A DNA stretch of 64,000 bases from assembly GCF_963921235.1 (NCBI RefSeq), contig NC_086109.1:33730001-33794000 (forward strand). Direction: 5' to 3'. Below are positions 1 to 11,989 of this stretch, one piece after another. Made by a program: the position numbers and the translations under genes. Source of the DNA: Mobula hypostoma. Taxonomy: Eukaryota. The notes beneath the pieces are model-generated. The model saw only the letters and a list, made by a program, of their open reading frames with translations. It ran no database searches and was not told the origin of the DNA. The stretch's first letter is position 1; the number at the start of each line of letters is the position of its first letter.

Positions 1-403
1 TGGTAAGAAAAGGCATTTGTATTTGCTGATCTTAACCCTCTTAACTCTCCATGGCCTGGATAGAGTGGATGTGGAGAGGATGATTCTCTTAGCGGGGGAG
101 TCTGGGACCAGAGGGCACTGCCAAAAATTAGAGGGATATCCCTTTAGAACAGAGATTTTTGAGGGTGATGAATCTGTGGAATTCATTGACACAGAAGGCT
201 GTGGAGGCCAAGTCATTTAGTATATTTGAAGCAGAGGTTGATTGGTTCTTGATTAGTAAGGGCATCAAAGGTAATAAGGAGAAGTCAGGGGAATAGGATT
301 GAGAGGGATGGGGATAATAAATCAGCCATGTCGGAATGGCGGAGCAGATTCAGTGGGCCAAAAGGCCTGTTCTCTTTCTATGTCTTTTGGTCTCATGGTC
401 TTA
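1..403 (+). mobile_element. CR1 LINE 3' fragment (end of ORF2 plus 3' UTR)
   Basis: ORF 17..220 reads GLDRVDVERM...GESGTRGH, a CR1 ORF2 C-terminal motif. It ends in a TCTTATGG-like tail near 380-403. Confidence 0.8.
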
Positions 404-571
404 TCACCCAGATGCTTGGTGTTTAACACAGCTTTCTTCTTCTAATCCTATCACAGCACACATGAAGGCATTCGGAGCACTTTAATTATGAGGAAAGACT
501 GGAAGGCAGGGTTTGTTTTCCTTCAGGCTGAGGGGATCATGAGAGAAGGGTACAGAACTTAGAAGGAATTA

Positions 572-895
572 AAGATTTGAAAGATTGAAGAATTAGCTTT
601 ATTTGTCACATACATCAAAGCTTTTAATCGTACAATAGAATGTGTCTTCTGTGTCAATGACCAGCATAGTCTAAGGTTGTCCTGGGGCAGTTTGCAAGTG
701 ACCTCATGTTTCCAGTGCCAACATAGCATACCCAAAACTTACTAACCCTAACCCCTACAGTTTCCTGGAATGTGGGAGGAAATGGGAGCATCCGGAGGAA
801 ACCCACATGGTCAAGGGGGTAACATACGAACTCCTTACAGACAGTGGTGGGAATTGAACCCAGATCTTACAGCTGGCACTCTAAAGCATTACTCT
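572..895 (-). mobile_element. tRNA-derived V-SINE (HE1-like) with non-CR1 (Rex1-like) tail
   Basis: The reverse complement of the V-domain (TGTGGGAGGAAATGGGAGCATCCGGAGGAAACCCAC) lies at 771-806. A B-box-like GGAATTGAACCC lies at 850-861. The tail is TTTATTTGTCACATACATC. Confidence 0.7.
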
Positions 896-933
896 TCTTC
901 GCAGCCCAGAGATGGCAGATGGTAGGAAACTAT

Positions 934-1046
934 AAAAATGAGAAAATCTGCAGATGTTGGAAATCCAAAGCAATGCACAAAAAATTCTGGAAGAATTCAG
1001 CAGGTCAGGCAGCATCCAGGGAAATGAATAACCATTTCCTTGGGGA
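934..1046 (-). mobile_element. Short Penelope-like terminal fragment with 11-bp TSD
   Basis: Contains the ATCTGCAGATG...CAGCAGGTCAGGCAGCATC terminus shared with the Penelope at 53100-55310. TAGGAAACTAT flanks it at 923-933 and 1047-1057. Confidence 0.75.
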
Positions 1047-1252
1047 TAGGAAACTATTCACTGTGGCAGAGATATTGAAAAGTAGAGGGCACGGGTTTAT
1101 GGTGGAATCTCGGTTGGGTGGGTAAAGAATGTGGACAGAATAATATGGGTAACAATAGGATTAGTGTAACAGGGTGTTCGATGACCACCACAGACCTGGT
1201 TGGCTAAACGGCCTGTTTCCATGATGTATCTCCTAGTTTCTCCATGACTCTA

Positions 1253-1865
1253 CACTCATTGGTCACTTTATTAGGCTCCTACTATACCTATGTTCGTGGT
1301 CTGCTGCTGCTGTAGCTCATCCACTTCAAGGTTCATTGTGTTGTGCCAGCCGAGATGCACTTCTACACACTACTGTTGTAACACAAGGTTATTTGATTTA
1401 CTGATGCCTTCCTGGCCGCTTGAACCAGTTTGGCCATTCTCCTCCGAGAGGTGATTTCACCCACTGAACGGCCGCTCACTGGGTGTGTTTTGTTGGTCGC
1501 GTAATTCTCTGTGAACCCTAGAGCAGGAGTTCTGAACCTGGGGTCCACAGATCCCCCAGTCAATGGGAGGGGTCCGTGGCATAAAAAGGGTTGAGAACTC
1601 CTGCTCTAGAGACTGCTGTGTGTGAAAATCCCAGGACATCAGCAGTTTCTGAGTTATTCAAACCAGCCCAGCTGGCATTAGCAATCACACCACAGTCAAA
1701 GTCGCTTCAATCACATTTCTTCTCCATTCTGGTGTTTGGTCTGAACAACAACTGAAACTCTTGATCCTGTCTGCATACTTTTATACATTCAGTTGCTGCC
1801 ACGTGATTGGCTGATTAGATAGTTGCATTACTGAACAGGTGTTTCTAATAAATTGCCACCAAGTG
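1253..1865 (-). mobile_element. Non-autonomous Tc1/mariner derivative (about 530 bp without its insert)
   Basis: TA-flanked TIRs read CACTCATTGGTCACTTTATTAGG and CTAATAAATTGCCACCAAGTG. The interior is homologous to the copy at 43390, which encodes a Tc1 transposase N-terminus. Confidence 0.8.
1524..1603. mobile_element. 80-bp hAT (Charlie-type) MITE inserted in the Tc1 derivative
   Basis: TIRs are CAGGAGTTCTGAACC and GGTTGAGAACTCCTG. The 8-bp TSD is CCCTAGAG (1516-1523) / CTCTAGAG (1604-1611). A sister copy lies at 13644-13723. Confidence 0.85.
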
Positions 1866-2658
1866 TATGTACCTAGATAAGCATCTGATTCACCAAAGCA
1901 TAGAAGGCAACAGATAAAGTGCAGTCAAATGGAAAACCGCAATGCCTGTAGTCTCCAGTGTGGAGACCAGTCACAATCAATTCCAGAACCTCTGCTACCT
2001 CCTGATGCATCCACAGTACACTTCTCCATTAAACGTGGGAAGTCTGACCTGTTGCAGTGGAGGCTGGCTTTAAGCCATGGTAAGCTCTTTTGCAATCAGG
2101 TCTGCTGCTGAGTTGTACATCCAAAAACTAACAGGCTGCCATCAATCACAACTGGTAATCACTTAACTGAGCAGGTAGCATGAAGTTGGTGCACAGCCAG
2201 CATCAGAAACCAGGATCTCTACACTCATTTCCAAATGCTAGGCAATGTAAAACCACCTTTCCTAATGCCAGCAGTAGTCTTAATGCTGCACTGGGCCAGC
2301 TTAAGTCATTAAAGTTTAACTGTATAGCAAAAGTTCAGCCACAATACATTCTATGTAACCGGTTAAAATTTATTCGGCATATCAGCTATGATGAATGTCC
2401 AATTGAAAAGTTAAATCTATCCTTCCCCAAGGTTTCACTGAATGAATGCTGTTGAATTCACTTCAAAGCATTGAATAATTGGTTTTAAAATAAGTTATGT
2501 ACATTTCTTTCTACAAGTAGCTCCAAAATGATTGATACGATTTGTGAGGGTTAATTTGGTATGGATAAAAACAAGTTAAGCTGTGGTTTAAATATTTAAT
2601 GGAAAAAAATTCACAAATATTGTCCTTATGCCAAAAAAATACTCTCAGATTTCCTTAC

Positions 2659-2738
2659 CAATGTACAATGTCGTTCACCACAGCATTCCCAGTGAAACCA
2701 AACTGAAGATTTGTTTTCCCTCTGAAGTGCTTCTTCCT
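2659..2738 (-). other. Candidate spliced exon (80 bp), product unknown
   Basis: A long polypyrimidine tract ending CTCTCATAG lies upstream and a TG|GTAAGG donor downstream. Two frames are open (RKKHFRGKTNLQFGFTGNAVVNDIVH or EEALQRENKSSVWFHWECCGERHCTL). I recognise no homology. Confidence 0.25.
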
Positions 2739-3479
2739 CTATGAGAGTCCAGGATTTGAGAGGGAGGAAGAAAAGGGAAAACAACATCTGGAACTTGAGC
2801 AGATAGGAGATAGGAAGTAAAGCCAAAAAATATTCAGAACGATGTCATTAACTGTCTGGTACAGTGCTGTTTGTTTTTCTAATCCTGTTTGGTTGTGTGG
2901 AAGTCCTTAGAGTTTAGTACGGTTACTTTGAGCCTGATGCTTAAATGGGAAAGTATAGGAAATACATGATTCCATTAAAAGCTGCCACAATATCCTCTCC
3001 ATTTTTAAATTGCTTTGTCATCAGCAAAGAATAGTCTTAGCCATGTAAAACCTTGCAGCTTGCTGCAAGTGAGATGATTTATATAAATACTTGCTTAGAA
3101 CACTTCTCTTGGTGAATTTATATTTTCAGAAGAAAATGAGTCAATCATCAAATTCCCACAGGGGACCACCTTGCACTGCTTCCTTCATTATGAAGCAGCT
3201 TGTACTCTAAAACTGAAACTGCTTCTCTTTCACTGGCCAAGCTAAATACCAGTGAGGCGAAAGGCTGCCTTTATTCTGTATAAAATGGAGTTTTAACCAC
3301 ACCTCTACAAAATTAAGGCAGCTGAAAGGAGGCAGCTAAAAGGAAATGATCATCTTTGTTCTATGCAATATCCTGTCCCTGAGGCATAATTTTCTTTTTT
3401 TTTGAGAACTTTGCTCATATTGCAGAATCCATTATATTGCATGCAGTACCAGTTCCATCCCGTGGTTGTATTGCTTGTG

Positions 3480-3740
3480 CTTCCACAACCTATTGAATCA
3501 CTTTCAGTAACTCTACAACTTGTGTTCTCAGTTTTTTTTATAAAAATTATTATTAGCACAATTTGTCCGCATTTGCACATTGGATGCATGTCAGTCCTTG
3601 GTTTGTATTGGCTTTCATAAATTCTAGTGTACTTCTTTATATTCCTATAAATGCCTGCAAGAAAATGAAGCTCAATGTAGTATATGGTGATATATGTATA
3701 TGACCTTTGATAATAAATTTACTCTGCACTTTCAACTTCT
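3480..3740 (+). mobile_element. Rex1/Babar-type LINE 3' UTR fragment
   Basis: Contains the motif GCCTGCAAGAAAATGAA...AATAAATTTACT. The same motif occurs inverted at 17180, 27330, 48035 and 61350, next to Rex1-like coding remnants. Confidence 0.55.
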
Positions 3741-3796
3741 AAGAGTCCCTCATATTGGTTAGCACATAATCTAATCTGGCATTAAGCACTGCAGGA

Positions 3797-3935
3797 GTCC
3801 TGAAAAAGGGTCTTGGCCTGAAACATTGGCTGTCTATTCATTTCCATAGATGGTGCCTGACCTGCTGAGTTCCTTTGACAATTTGTCTGTGTTGTCCTGG
3901 ATTTCCAGCAACTGCAGACTTTTTTTTTGTGTTTA
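3797..3935 (+). mobile_element. Penelope-like terminal fragment with degenerate hammerhead motif
   Basis: Reads AGTCCTGAAAAAGGGTCTTGGCCTGAAACATTGGCTG, then CCATAGATGGTGCCTGACCTGCTGAG. Confidence 0.7.
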
Positions 3936-4029
3936 GGCAATACAGTAGTTGATCTTCTGAAAATATAAAACTGAATATTTTCATTAGATACCCTTATGTA
4001 AACAGTCACTCAAATCTGAGGGTAGACTT

Positions 4030-4560
4030 ACTTCTTCCTAGTTCTGTCGGTTCTGACGCGACTGATGGTGTGAACGTAGTTTGTGGGATGGTGCCCTCCT
4101 TGCACTGTTTACGTATGGTTTCTGTGTTTCTACAATGCATACTCTTAAAGTTTTCGATAACATTTTACATGATCCTTCTCCACTAGTCACACAGCAGAAA
4201 TTCCCAGGATGTTGGAGGAAACATCTACCTGATCTTCCCAGAATGTAGCTTGAAATATGGTGCCTGCAGGCAGGCGTGTAAACAATGTGGTCTGGCCAGC
4301 AGAGTGGTGTGTTACTGAAGATTTTGGTCTGTGGTACCACACAGACATTGGCTCATTTACTTCACCAGTGGATCAGGAGGATCTTATGGAGACAGCCTTG
4401 AGGTGTTTGCTACAGTCTCACAAGTGTAGAAGCAAGGATCATTGGTGCTTTTTAGACAATAAGTTTCTTCAGTCTGTGCTATCTCATGGAATTCCATCAT
4501 CAACTTTTGTCTCTGCTGAGAGGTGGTTCCTGAGAGATGAGATGTTGTTCACATTTTCCA
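4030..4560 (-). mobile_element. Degraded Gypsy-like integrase C-terminal remnant
   Basis: Minus-strand translations include DGIP and LSKTLRVCIVETQK, similar to the PRSYIVET...RRNRRHL motif of Gypsy integrase C-termini. There are many stops and frameshifts. Confidence 0.4.
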
Positions 4561-4565
4561 GGGTC

Positions 4566-4782
4566 TAGCCATGAATCATTGGAAGTTGGTTTTGTGCAAG
4601 AACAGGACCAATGTCTTGCAGATGTTCAAAGCAGAAGTTCATAGATTCTTGTTTAGTTTGTGTGTAAAAAGTTATGGGGAGAAGGCAAGAGAATGGGGTT
4701 GAGGGAGAAAATAAATCAGCCATGATTGACTGGTGGAGCAGACTCAATGGCTGAATGACTTAATCCTGCTCCTTTGCCTTAT
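4566..4782 (+). mobile_element. CR1 3' UTR fragment
   Basis: Similar to 225-403 (GATTCTTG...GAGAATGGGGTTGAGGG...ATCAGCCATG). Confidence 0.7.
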
Positions 4783-5569
4783 GTTGAGTGGAAAACATGT
4801 CATCCCATATCTTTTGGTGTACAAGCCAGTGAGTGCTTAGAACTTGGCCACTGAGCATGCATAAACATTGTCTATGCAGAATAAACAATTCAACCAGTTG
4901 CCAAGTGAAAGCAACAAGGAGCTTTGAGGTAAGTCCTAGGGTGTGATTACTGAGAAGACAAGTGGATCCCTGGTAGGATAGTAGGACAGCTACAAGAACT
5001 GGACAACTGATGTACACAGTGGATGTTGGAAATCATACGTGGAGACGTCATGTGGACCAAATACTGGATGTGCAACCGAAGAGTCAACTACATCCAACAA
5101 GACGGACGCATTACAGGCACTGGACTTACCTCCCAGCGATGATATATCACTAACAGCGATGTGACACCAGCAACAGAGAACATTGTCTTAGACCATGGGT
5201 CCCCAACCTTTTTTGCACCGTGGACCAGTTTAATATTGACAATATTCTTGCGGACTGGCCGACGGGGCGGGGGGGGGGGTGGGTGGAGTGTTAATCACGA
5301 CCAGAATATAGGTGGTAAGACAACTATAAGTCAACTTATAAGTGGCTAATACACTCAATTTTGTTTCTAAAAGGATTTATCTAATGAATTTAATATTAAA
5401 CACACAGCACATATTTTCCTTGCATGAATATAGAGGTAAGTCAATTATAAGTCATTTATAAGTCAATAGCATCATAACATTTTAAATAACGTTTGGATAT
5501 TAAACACAAAGCGGATATTTTCCTTGTATGAACATATAAAATCATTGCAACACACCAATATCGCTGAAT

Positions 5570-8229
5570 CAGTAGGAGCCCTGGGCTTGTTTCCCTGCAG
5601 CAAGACGGTCCCATCAAGGGGTGATGGGAGACAGTGATACTCGAAGGGGGTTCCTTATGTCCAGTCTATTCTGCAGTTTAGTTTTCATTGCATTCATTGC
5701 AGAAAACCCTGCTTCACAGAGATATGATTTTGGAAATAGAAGCAACGTTTTCAGTGCTTTCGTGGCTATCTCAGTATATTCAACCTTGACTTTGATCTAG
5801 AATGCCAGTGTTATGTCAGACATACTTTTCAGCCCACCGTCATTTCCAAGCTCGAGGAGTTGATCTTCTTCCCGCGCTGACATGGATGATTCACCGGGGA
5901 CACTCCTTTGGGTCATTTGTGGTTGGGAAATAACGCTCAAATTCGGTCGACAGCGAAGACAGGTGATCACGCACCAGCTGTGAGATCGACGGTGCAGCCT
6001 CAGTCTCTCCCGAAATCCCAGCTAATGTTGGGAACATGTCAAATATGCCCCTGTCCACTCGCTGTCCCCACAGTTCCAGTTTGGCTCTGAAAGCAGACAC
6101 TTTATCTGCCAGCTTGAAAATAGTTGTCATTCAGCCCTGAAGTGACAAATTGAGTTCATTGAGCAGGTTGAAGATGTCACACAGATAAGCGAGTTTTGCT
6201 ATCCACTCCTCGACAGTGAAGTGTGCTGCCAGTGATGACTTTTTTCCTGAAAGAAATCCCTGTGGCTGCTCTCTTAACTCAAAAACCCTGACCAGTGCTC
6301 TCTCCCTTGATAGCCACCTGACTTCAGTGTGTAAGAGAAGGCGTTTGTGCTCTGCATCCAGTTCCTCGCAAACCTGCTCATACAAATGTGAGTTAAGGGC
6401 TTTTGCTTTGATGCGATTGATTCAGTTCAAGGTAGTGCACAGGGCGCATATGTCAAAAGATGAACTAGCACATATTTTTTCTAATATAAATCCTACTTGT
6501 GATAGATGCAACATATGTTTTGGTCCTGCATAAAGTTAAATAACTTTTGGAGAGATGTTTTTAGAATGTTATCAAAAGTTATAGATCTGGACTGACAACC
6601 TAATTCACTTCGGCAATCTTTGGGGTTATTCCAATGGAAGCAGGAAATGCATGATAGCTTTCTCAACTTTATTGGCTAGGAGAGCTATTCTATTGTTCTA
6701 TTGTACTAGAAGGATCCCAACCCACCTACTATACTTTTTTGGCTCTCCTCCATTATGTCTTGTTTAAGCTTGGAGAAAATAAGAAGTCGGATGTTTGATA
6801 CATTTTTTAAATTTGAGCAAACTTGGCGACCTTGTATTCAATATTTTCATATGATCTAATTCTTATTACTTTTTCAGTTAATTATTCTTTTTTCTCCACG
6901 AATTTTTCGATTTGAGAAGGATTTCCCCTTTTTTTTTAAACTGTATCCTCAAGATGGACCGCCCAGTCCCCTTTTTTTTTTGTTTTAGGTTATTTTAGTG
7001 CGGGTTTTTTTCCTCTCAATAGTAGAAAATTTTGTTTTTTTTCCCATGAACTGTTAAGAGGAGAGGTGGTTCTCTCTTCTCTTCATATTAGCTTAATACT
7101 ATACATGGTTTTGACAGTGTCTACTCCTTTCTCTGTTTGTATTATTATTGAAATATGTATTTGGGATAACATTCTGGTTTGTATTTACTCTTATGTTTTT
7201 AAATCAATAAAAAAAGATTGAAAGTGATTAATAACTTCAACAATGTCACTCAATATGCTGTTAAGATCAGGTGACATTTTTTGGTTAGCCAGCGTTTCCC
7301 TGTGTGTGACACAATGTGTAGACTGGCATTCAGGAGCAACCTCTTTGACTTGGGTAGTGAAACCAGACAGCCGTCCAGCCATAGCTGCAGCACCGCCTGT
7401 GAATATTCCAACACAGAATGACCAGTCCAGTTTGCCTGACATGTAGTCATTCAAAGACTTGAATAGTTCTACCCCAGTTGTGTTAGTTGGCAATGGCAAT
7501 GCACACAACATATCCTCATGCACATCGTCTTGAAATATATATCACACATAAACCAGCAGTATTGCCCTGTTGTTGACATCAGTAGATTCCTCAACCTGGA
7601 TAGCATACCATGCTGACTCATTAAGCCGTACCAACAGCTGTGCCTCGCTGTCCTCTGCTATGTCATCGATTCTCCTTGAAACTGTGGTAGCTGAAAGAGA
7701 AACCTGTGCCATCTTGTTAGCTGCTGCTTCTCCCAACAGTTCACGACACATGTCCTTGGCAGCAGGCAGAATCAATTCTTCACCAACAGTGAAAGGCTTC
7801 TTAACCTTAGCAATACAGCTAGCCACTAAGTACGACGCTCTCAGAGCAGCAGCGTTTGTGGAGCTGGTGGCTCACAGCACTGGCTTCTGTCCTGCTTGCT
7901 CATGTTTTTTCTGCTCAGAAAACTCAATGTGTTTGTCTTTAAGTGCCGGGTGCTTGGACTCAAGGTACCGAAGCAGTTTTGAGGGCTTCATTGCCTCATT
8001 AGACAACTTGTCTCCACATATCACACACAGGAAGCTTGGAACGTGTGAGTCACCGGTCGCAATAAAGCCGTATTTTATATACGACTCGTCGTATTTTCTG
8101 TTGAAGGAAGCTCTCTTTTTTTTGCAGTCTCGGCCTCAGCTGTCTTTGTGTAATCATCATCGTTAGATCTTTTATGTCCCCTACCACCTCTTCCAAAGAA
8201 ACTCTCAAGCGAGTTTGTTTTTCACTCAT
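5570..8229 (-). pseudogene. hAT transposase pseudogene (BED finger to C-terminal dimerisation domain), interrupted by stops, frameshifts and an L1 insertion
   Basis: Motifs seen: KPFTVGEELILPAAKDM, YAIQVEESTDV, THCVTHRE, LLLHTEVRWLSR, LAYLCDIFNLLNELNLSLQG and the C-terminal YLCEAGFSAM...KQAQGSY. Confidence 0.9.
6414..7223 (+). mobile_element. 5'-truncated L1-clade LINE (ORF2 C-terminus plus 3' UTR) inserted in the hAT
   Basis: Encodes RLIQFKVVHRAHMSK...NPTCDRC (cysteine-rich C-terminal domain), followed by a T-rich UTR and AATAAAAAAAGATTGAAA tail. Removing it rejoins the transposase as VINH|IKAKALNS. Confidence 0.85.
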
Positions 8230-8599
8230 TGAGCAGTTGTAGTTTAATGACCGACTGGTGACCTCACATGCGTAATGACCTTGTGTGGGTAATAACCTCA
8301 CATGTGTTCAAGTTCAACAGTGGGTGTGACAGGGAATGAGGAAAGGTGCAGCTGACTCATATCGTTTCATATTGCCAAATCATATCATTTCCTTGTGGCC
8401 CAGTAGCACATGATTTGCCACCCAGTACCAGTCCGCAGTCTGGTGACTGGGGACACTGTCTTAGACAAGACATCAAGCAAGGCTGATGCCACTCCATAGA
8501 TCCAGAGCCACTAGGAAAACATTGTAGTTGCACAGACAGAACAAATTGGCCATGAGAACGAACCTGAATGTTAGAAATTATCATGAACTGCACCAACAG

Positions 8600-10900
8600 T
8601 TTCAGGAGGAAACAGCAAGAATTAAACAGTACGAAGACCGTCATGGATGCTCACAAAGGAACGTGTGAGTAACTGCCTGCGTAGTACACAGTGAAAGACG
8701 CAACTAGCAAAGTTAACATGAAAATAACATGGTGACGGCTTCAATTAGGAAAGTTTATGAATTTGACAGTGCTAATGAAGGCTGGGAGGCATTTATTGAG
8801 AAGGTGGAACTTTATTGTAACACGAACAACATGGGGGAACAAAAGAAAGCCCCCATGCTTCTTAGCTTGATGGGTCTTAGGACATACAGTCTCTTATGCT
8901 ACTTAGTAACCCCTGAAAAGCCACCAAGGATGAGATTGTTACAATTTTACTAAATTACTTGAGCCCTAAATCATTGGTAATAGTTGATAGATTTAGATTT
9001 TACAAAAGGAACTAGTCAAAGGATGAAAGCGTTTCTGAATACATTGCAGAACTGCACAAACTTTCCCAGTACTGTGACAATAGAGATAGACTTTCTGATG
9101 CATTAAGGGACAGTTTGTATGTGGTATGCATAGTCAAAGCACTCAAGAAAAGCTATTGTCAGAAAGAGACCTAACTTTAGAACAGGCATTGACCATTGTT
9201 ATCTCATTTGAAACTGCAGCAAGGGATGCAGCGGAATTACAGAAAAGGAGGTTAGGATACAAAATGCACAAAATGTCCCTGAATGGTTCAAAAATGTTAT
9301 CGGTGTGGCAAATCCTGCCATGATACAAATGGCTGCTGGTTCAAGGAAAAAGTTTGCAGAAAGTGTCACAGACAAGGTCAAAAAGAGAGAGTGTGTAAGT
9401 CAGATAAAAGGCACTACCAAAGAGAAAAAGCAAACTGAGTGAAATTGTTTCGCACACAAAACTAAGTAAATGCATAAAGTGGCAGAATGTGAAACGGACA
9501 ATAAAGAGTCTGACAAAGATGAGATCTCATGCCTAGAACTGCAGAGTATTACTGAAGCAGATCGCAATAGATGAGTCTGGTGTACAAATGAAAATGGAAT
9601 TGGATATAGGGTCAGCTTTGTCTTTAATTCCAGAGACTGACTACAACAGACCTTTTTCTAAGATACCATTAGAGAAGACCTCAGTGATGCTAAAAACTTA
9701 CATAGGCAAAAAAAAAAGTGTCTCCCAAAGGGAAACTGAAAGTGAATGTGATGTATGGAGGCCAAACACAGCAATTAGAAATTTACGTGCTGAAAAGTGG
9801 AGGGCCAGCACCTCAGATGGGAATGTTTGAGAAAAATCCAATTACAGTGGCATTCAATCAAAGCTCTCAGTGTGGCATCAACAGGCAATTGCAGCCCAAA
9901 TGGTAACACTAACTAGAGACTGGCACAGCTGTTTAATGTTGATGAAAAGGTATATTAGAAGGGAATAGATAATCAGATCGAAGATTTGACCAATAGCTGT
10001 TTGGGATGCCAAAAAGTTCAAAATTCTTCCGCACAGGTGCCGTTACACCCGTAGGAGTGGCTGTCATCAATATGGCAAAGAATACATATTGACTTTGGGC
10101 CATTCATAGACTCCATGTTTCTGATTGCTGTGGATGTTCATTCAAAATGGCTGGAGGTTATACCAATGAAGTCAATCACCTCAACAAAGACTGTCTCCAC
10201 CCTGTGGACTATCTTTGCCAGAAATGACTTACCAAAACAAATTGTGAGTGACAACAGACCACAATACACATCAGAAGAATTCCAACTGGTCATGAAGAAA
10301 AATGGCATCAGACATTTCAAGTCAGCGCCTCATCACCCAGCAATGAATGGGTTAGCTGAAAGGTTTATCCAAACATTCAAAAAGTCCATTAAAGCTATGT
10401 ACAAGGAGGACACTTCTCTGCAGCACAAGCTAGACAATTTCCTTTCTGTTCATTCGACGATAAATCAAACACCTGCAATGCTGTTCATGAGCAGGAACCT
10501 GACCTCCTGAAACCAGACCTACTGAGGGAAGTGCAGGATAAGCAGTTCAGCCAGTTGCCAAGTGAATCAGCAAGGAGCTTGGGGATTGGACAGGAAGACA
10601 AGTGGACCCCTGGTAGGATAGCTACAAGAACTGGACCACTGATATACACCGTGGATGTTGAAGAACATACACAGAGACATCATGTAGACCAGCTACTGGA
10701 TGCGTAACTGAAGAACACACCTGAGTCGACTGCATCGAACAGGACAGGCACATCACAGCCACTGGGCTTGCCTCTTAGTAATGATCATGACACCAGCAAC
10801 TGAGAACATTGGCTTAGGCAATACATCTACCAAACCTGATGCCATTCCTCAGGTCCAGAGGTGCTATGAGAAAGTTGTAGTTGCACAGACACAACAGTCT
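8600..10900 (+). mobile_element. Internally deleted Gypsy element: gag, protease and integrase, with no RT/RNase H
   Basis: gag: EFDSANEGWEAFIEKVELY and a zinc knuckle CYRCGKSCHDTNGC at about 9296. Protease: MELDIGSALSLI. Integrase: GIDNQIEDLTNSCLGCQK, FLIAVDVHSKW, IVSDNRPQY, PAMNGLAERFIQTFK. Confidence 0.9.
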
Positions 10901-11989
10901 ATATGAGCAGTTTGTCCATTGAGTTGCAGAAAGAAGTCTGGAGTGTGTTGACCGTAAGTTGGATAGTTCCAGTAAGCCCACCTCCTCAACCCCCTCTTTC
11001 TATATTACTCTGTCACTGCAGTGCACTATCAACACTTCACACCACTTTTTATAATGTTGCTTACATTGTAAATGCATGCTATCAATTACGCACTTATGCA
11101 GATTTTATTCCGTCTGTACTTTAACATCTAACTTTATTTTCATATCTTTCTTTATTACACGCCCTGCCCAACGCACCACAGCAACTTCCTAATACAGGTA
11201 AAAGTTTCTGAATAAAGTTGATCCTTTAGTTCTGACGATTCTCTGCAGGAAGGCAGGTTGCAGCTTTTCAGCTTTACACTGTACCTGCTGACAAAATGGT
11301 TTATATTGATTGAAGCATCAAGTGATGTGAATGAAAGAAAACAAGGTCACAAGAAATGACACACTGTGAAATCGAAATTGAACCAACAATACTGAATGTT
11401 ATATTGTGATTTGCAGAGCTATAATGAAAAGGCTGCAGCAGGTGTGCTTAAATAGAACAGGAAGAGCAATGTTGCTGTGTCACTCTCATAATCTGTATTT
11501 CTTTCCATAAGCTCTTATGACAGATACTTACTCTTACGTTAGTGCCTTTTCTTCATAATTTCTAAATATATAACCCAACGATCTTTCAAGAATAAGCAGC
11601 TGTAAAACTGGTGGTAAAATAGATATTACCAGAAAGGGCATTATCCCCATTGGGTATCTCACAAATTTGCTTCAAGATCAGCTGCTACTTTTGCACACAG
11701 CTTGCAGATCTGTTAAGGAAGAAATAAAAGCTGTCTCTAATGTATATTGCCCCTTGAAGCCACAATGGCAGTACAGCATCCCACCACTCAGTTGTTACCA
11801 GCGGCCATCACAGAAAGAAAAATGGGGGAAAATGCAATTTTCACGATCATTACATGGTCACCACGGTCAAACCATGTAAATATCAGACTTTCATGTTTAA
11901 ACAATAGGGAACTTATTTATACACTGAAAGTGTTCACAAGAGAACTTTTCAGTCGTGCTCCCGTTTTGAAGCAAAATGGTTTTATAGAG

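Larger units (their letters stand above)
5194..8458 (-). mobile_element. Full-length decayed hAT (Charlie/Buster; ZBED5/SCAND3-like) DNA transposon
   Basis: Has a perfect 8-bp TSD TCTTAGAC (5186-5193, 8459-8466) and imperfect TIRs CATGGGTCCCCAACC / rc CAGTGTCCCCAGTC. Transposase fragments are on the minus strand. Confidence 0.92.
4876..8545 (+). mobile_element. Gypsy LTR-retrotransposon 3' pol fragment (4876-5193 joined to 8467-8545), split by a hAT insertion
   Basis: Colinear with 10533-10895: GAAGACAAGTGG.CCCTGGTAGGATAG, CATGT.GACCA..TACTGGATG, and GAGAACATTG.CTTAG.CAA.ACATC...TTGTAGTTGCACAGAC. Confidence 0.75.

Noticed and set aside
844..1125. Recurrent peptide NSAGQAAS in many short ORFs (844, 3782, 24954, 31778, 42618, 58462)
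   Set aside because: It is a translation of the non-coding Penelope terminal repeat.
7570..8166. 198-aa plus-strand ORF
   Set aside because: It is the antisense shadow of the hAT transposase and has no independent motif.
5570..8229. Domesticated ZBED5/SCAND3-like host gene
   Set aside because: It has multiple stops and frameshifts and an L1 insertion, and intact TIRs and TSD show it is a dead transposon copy.
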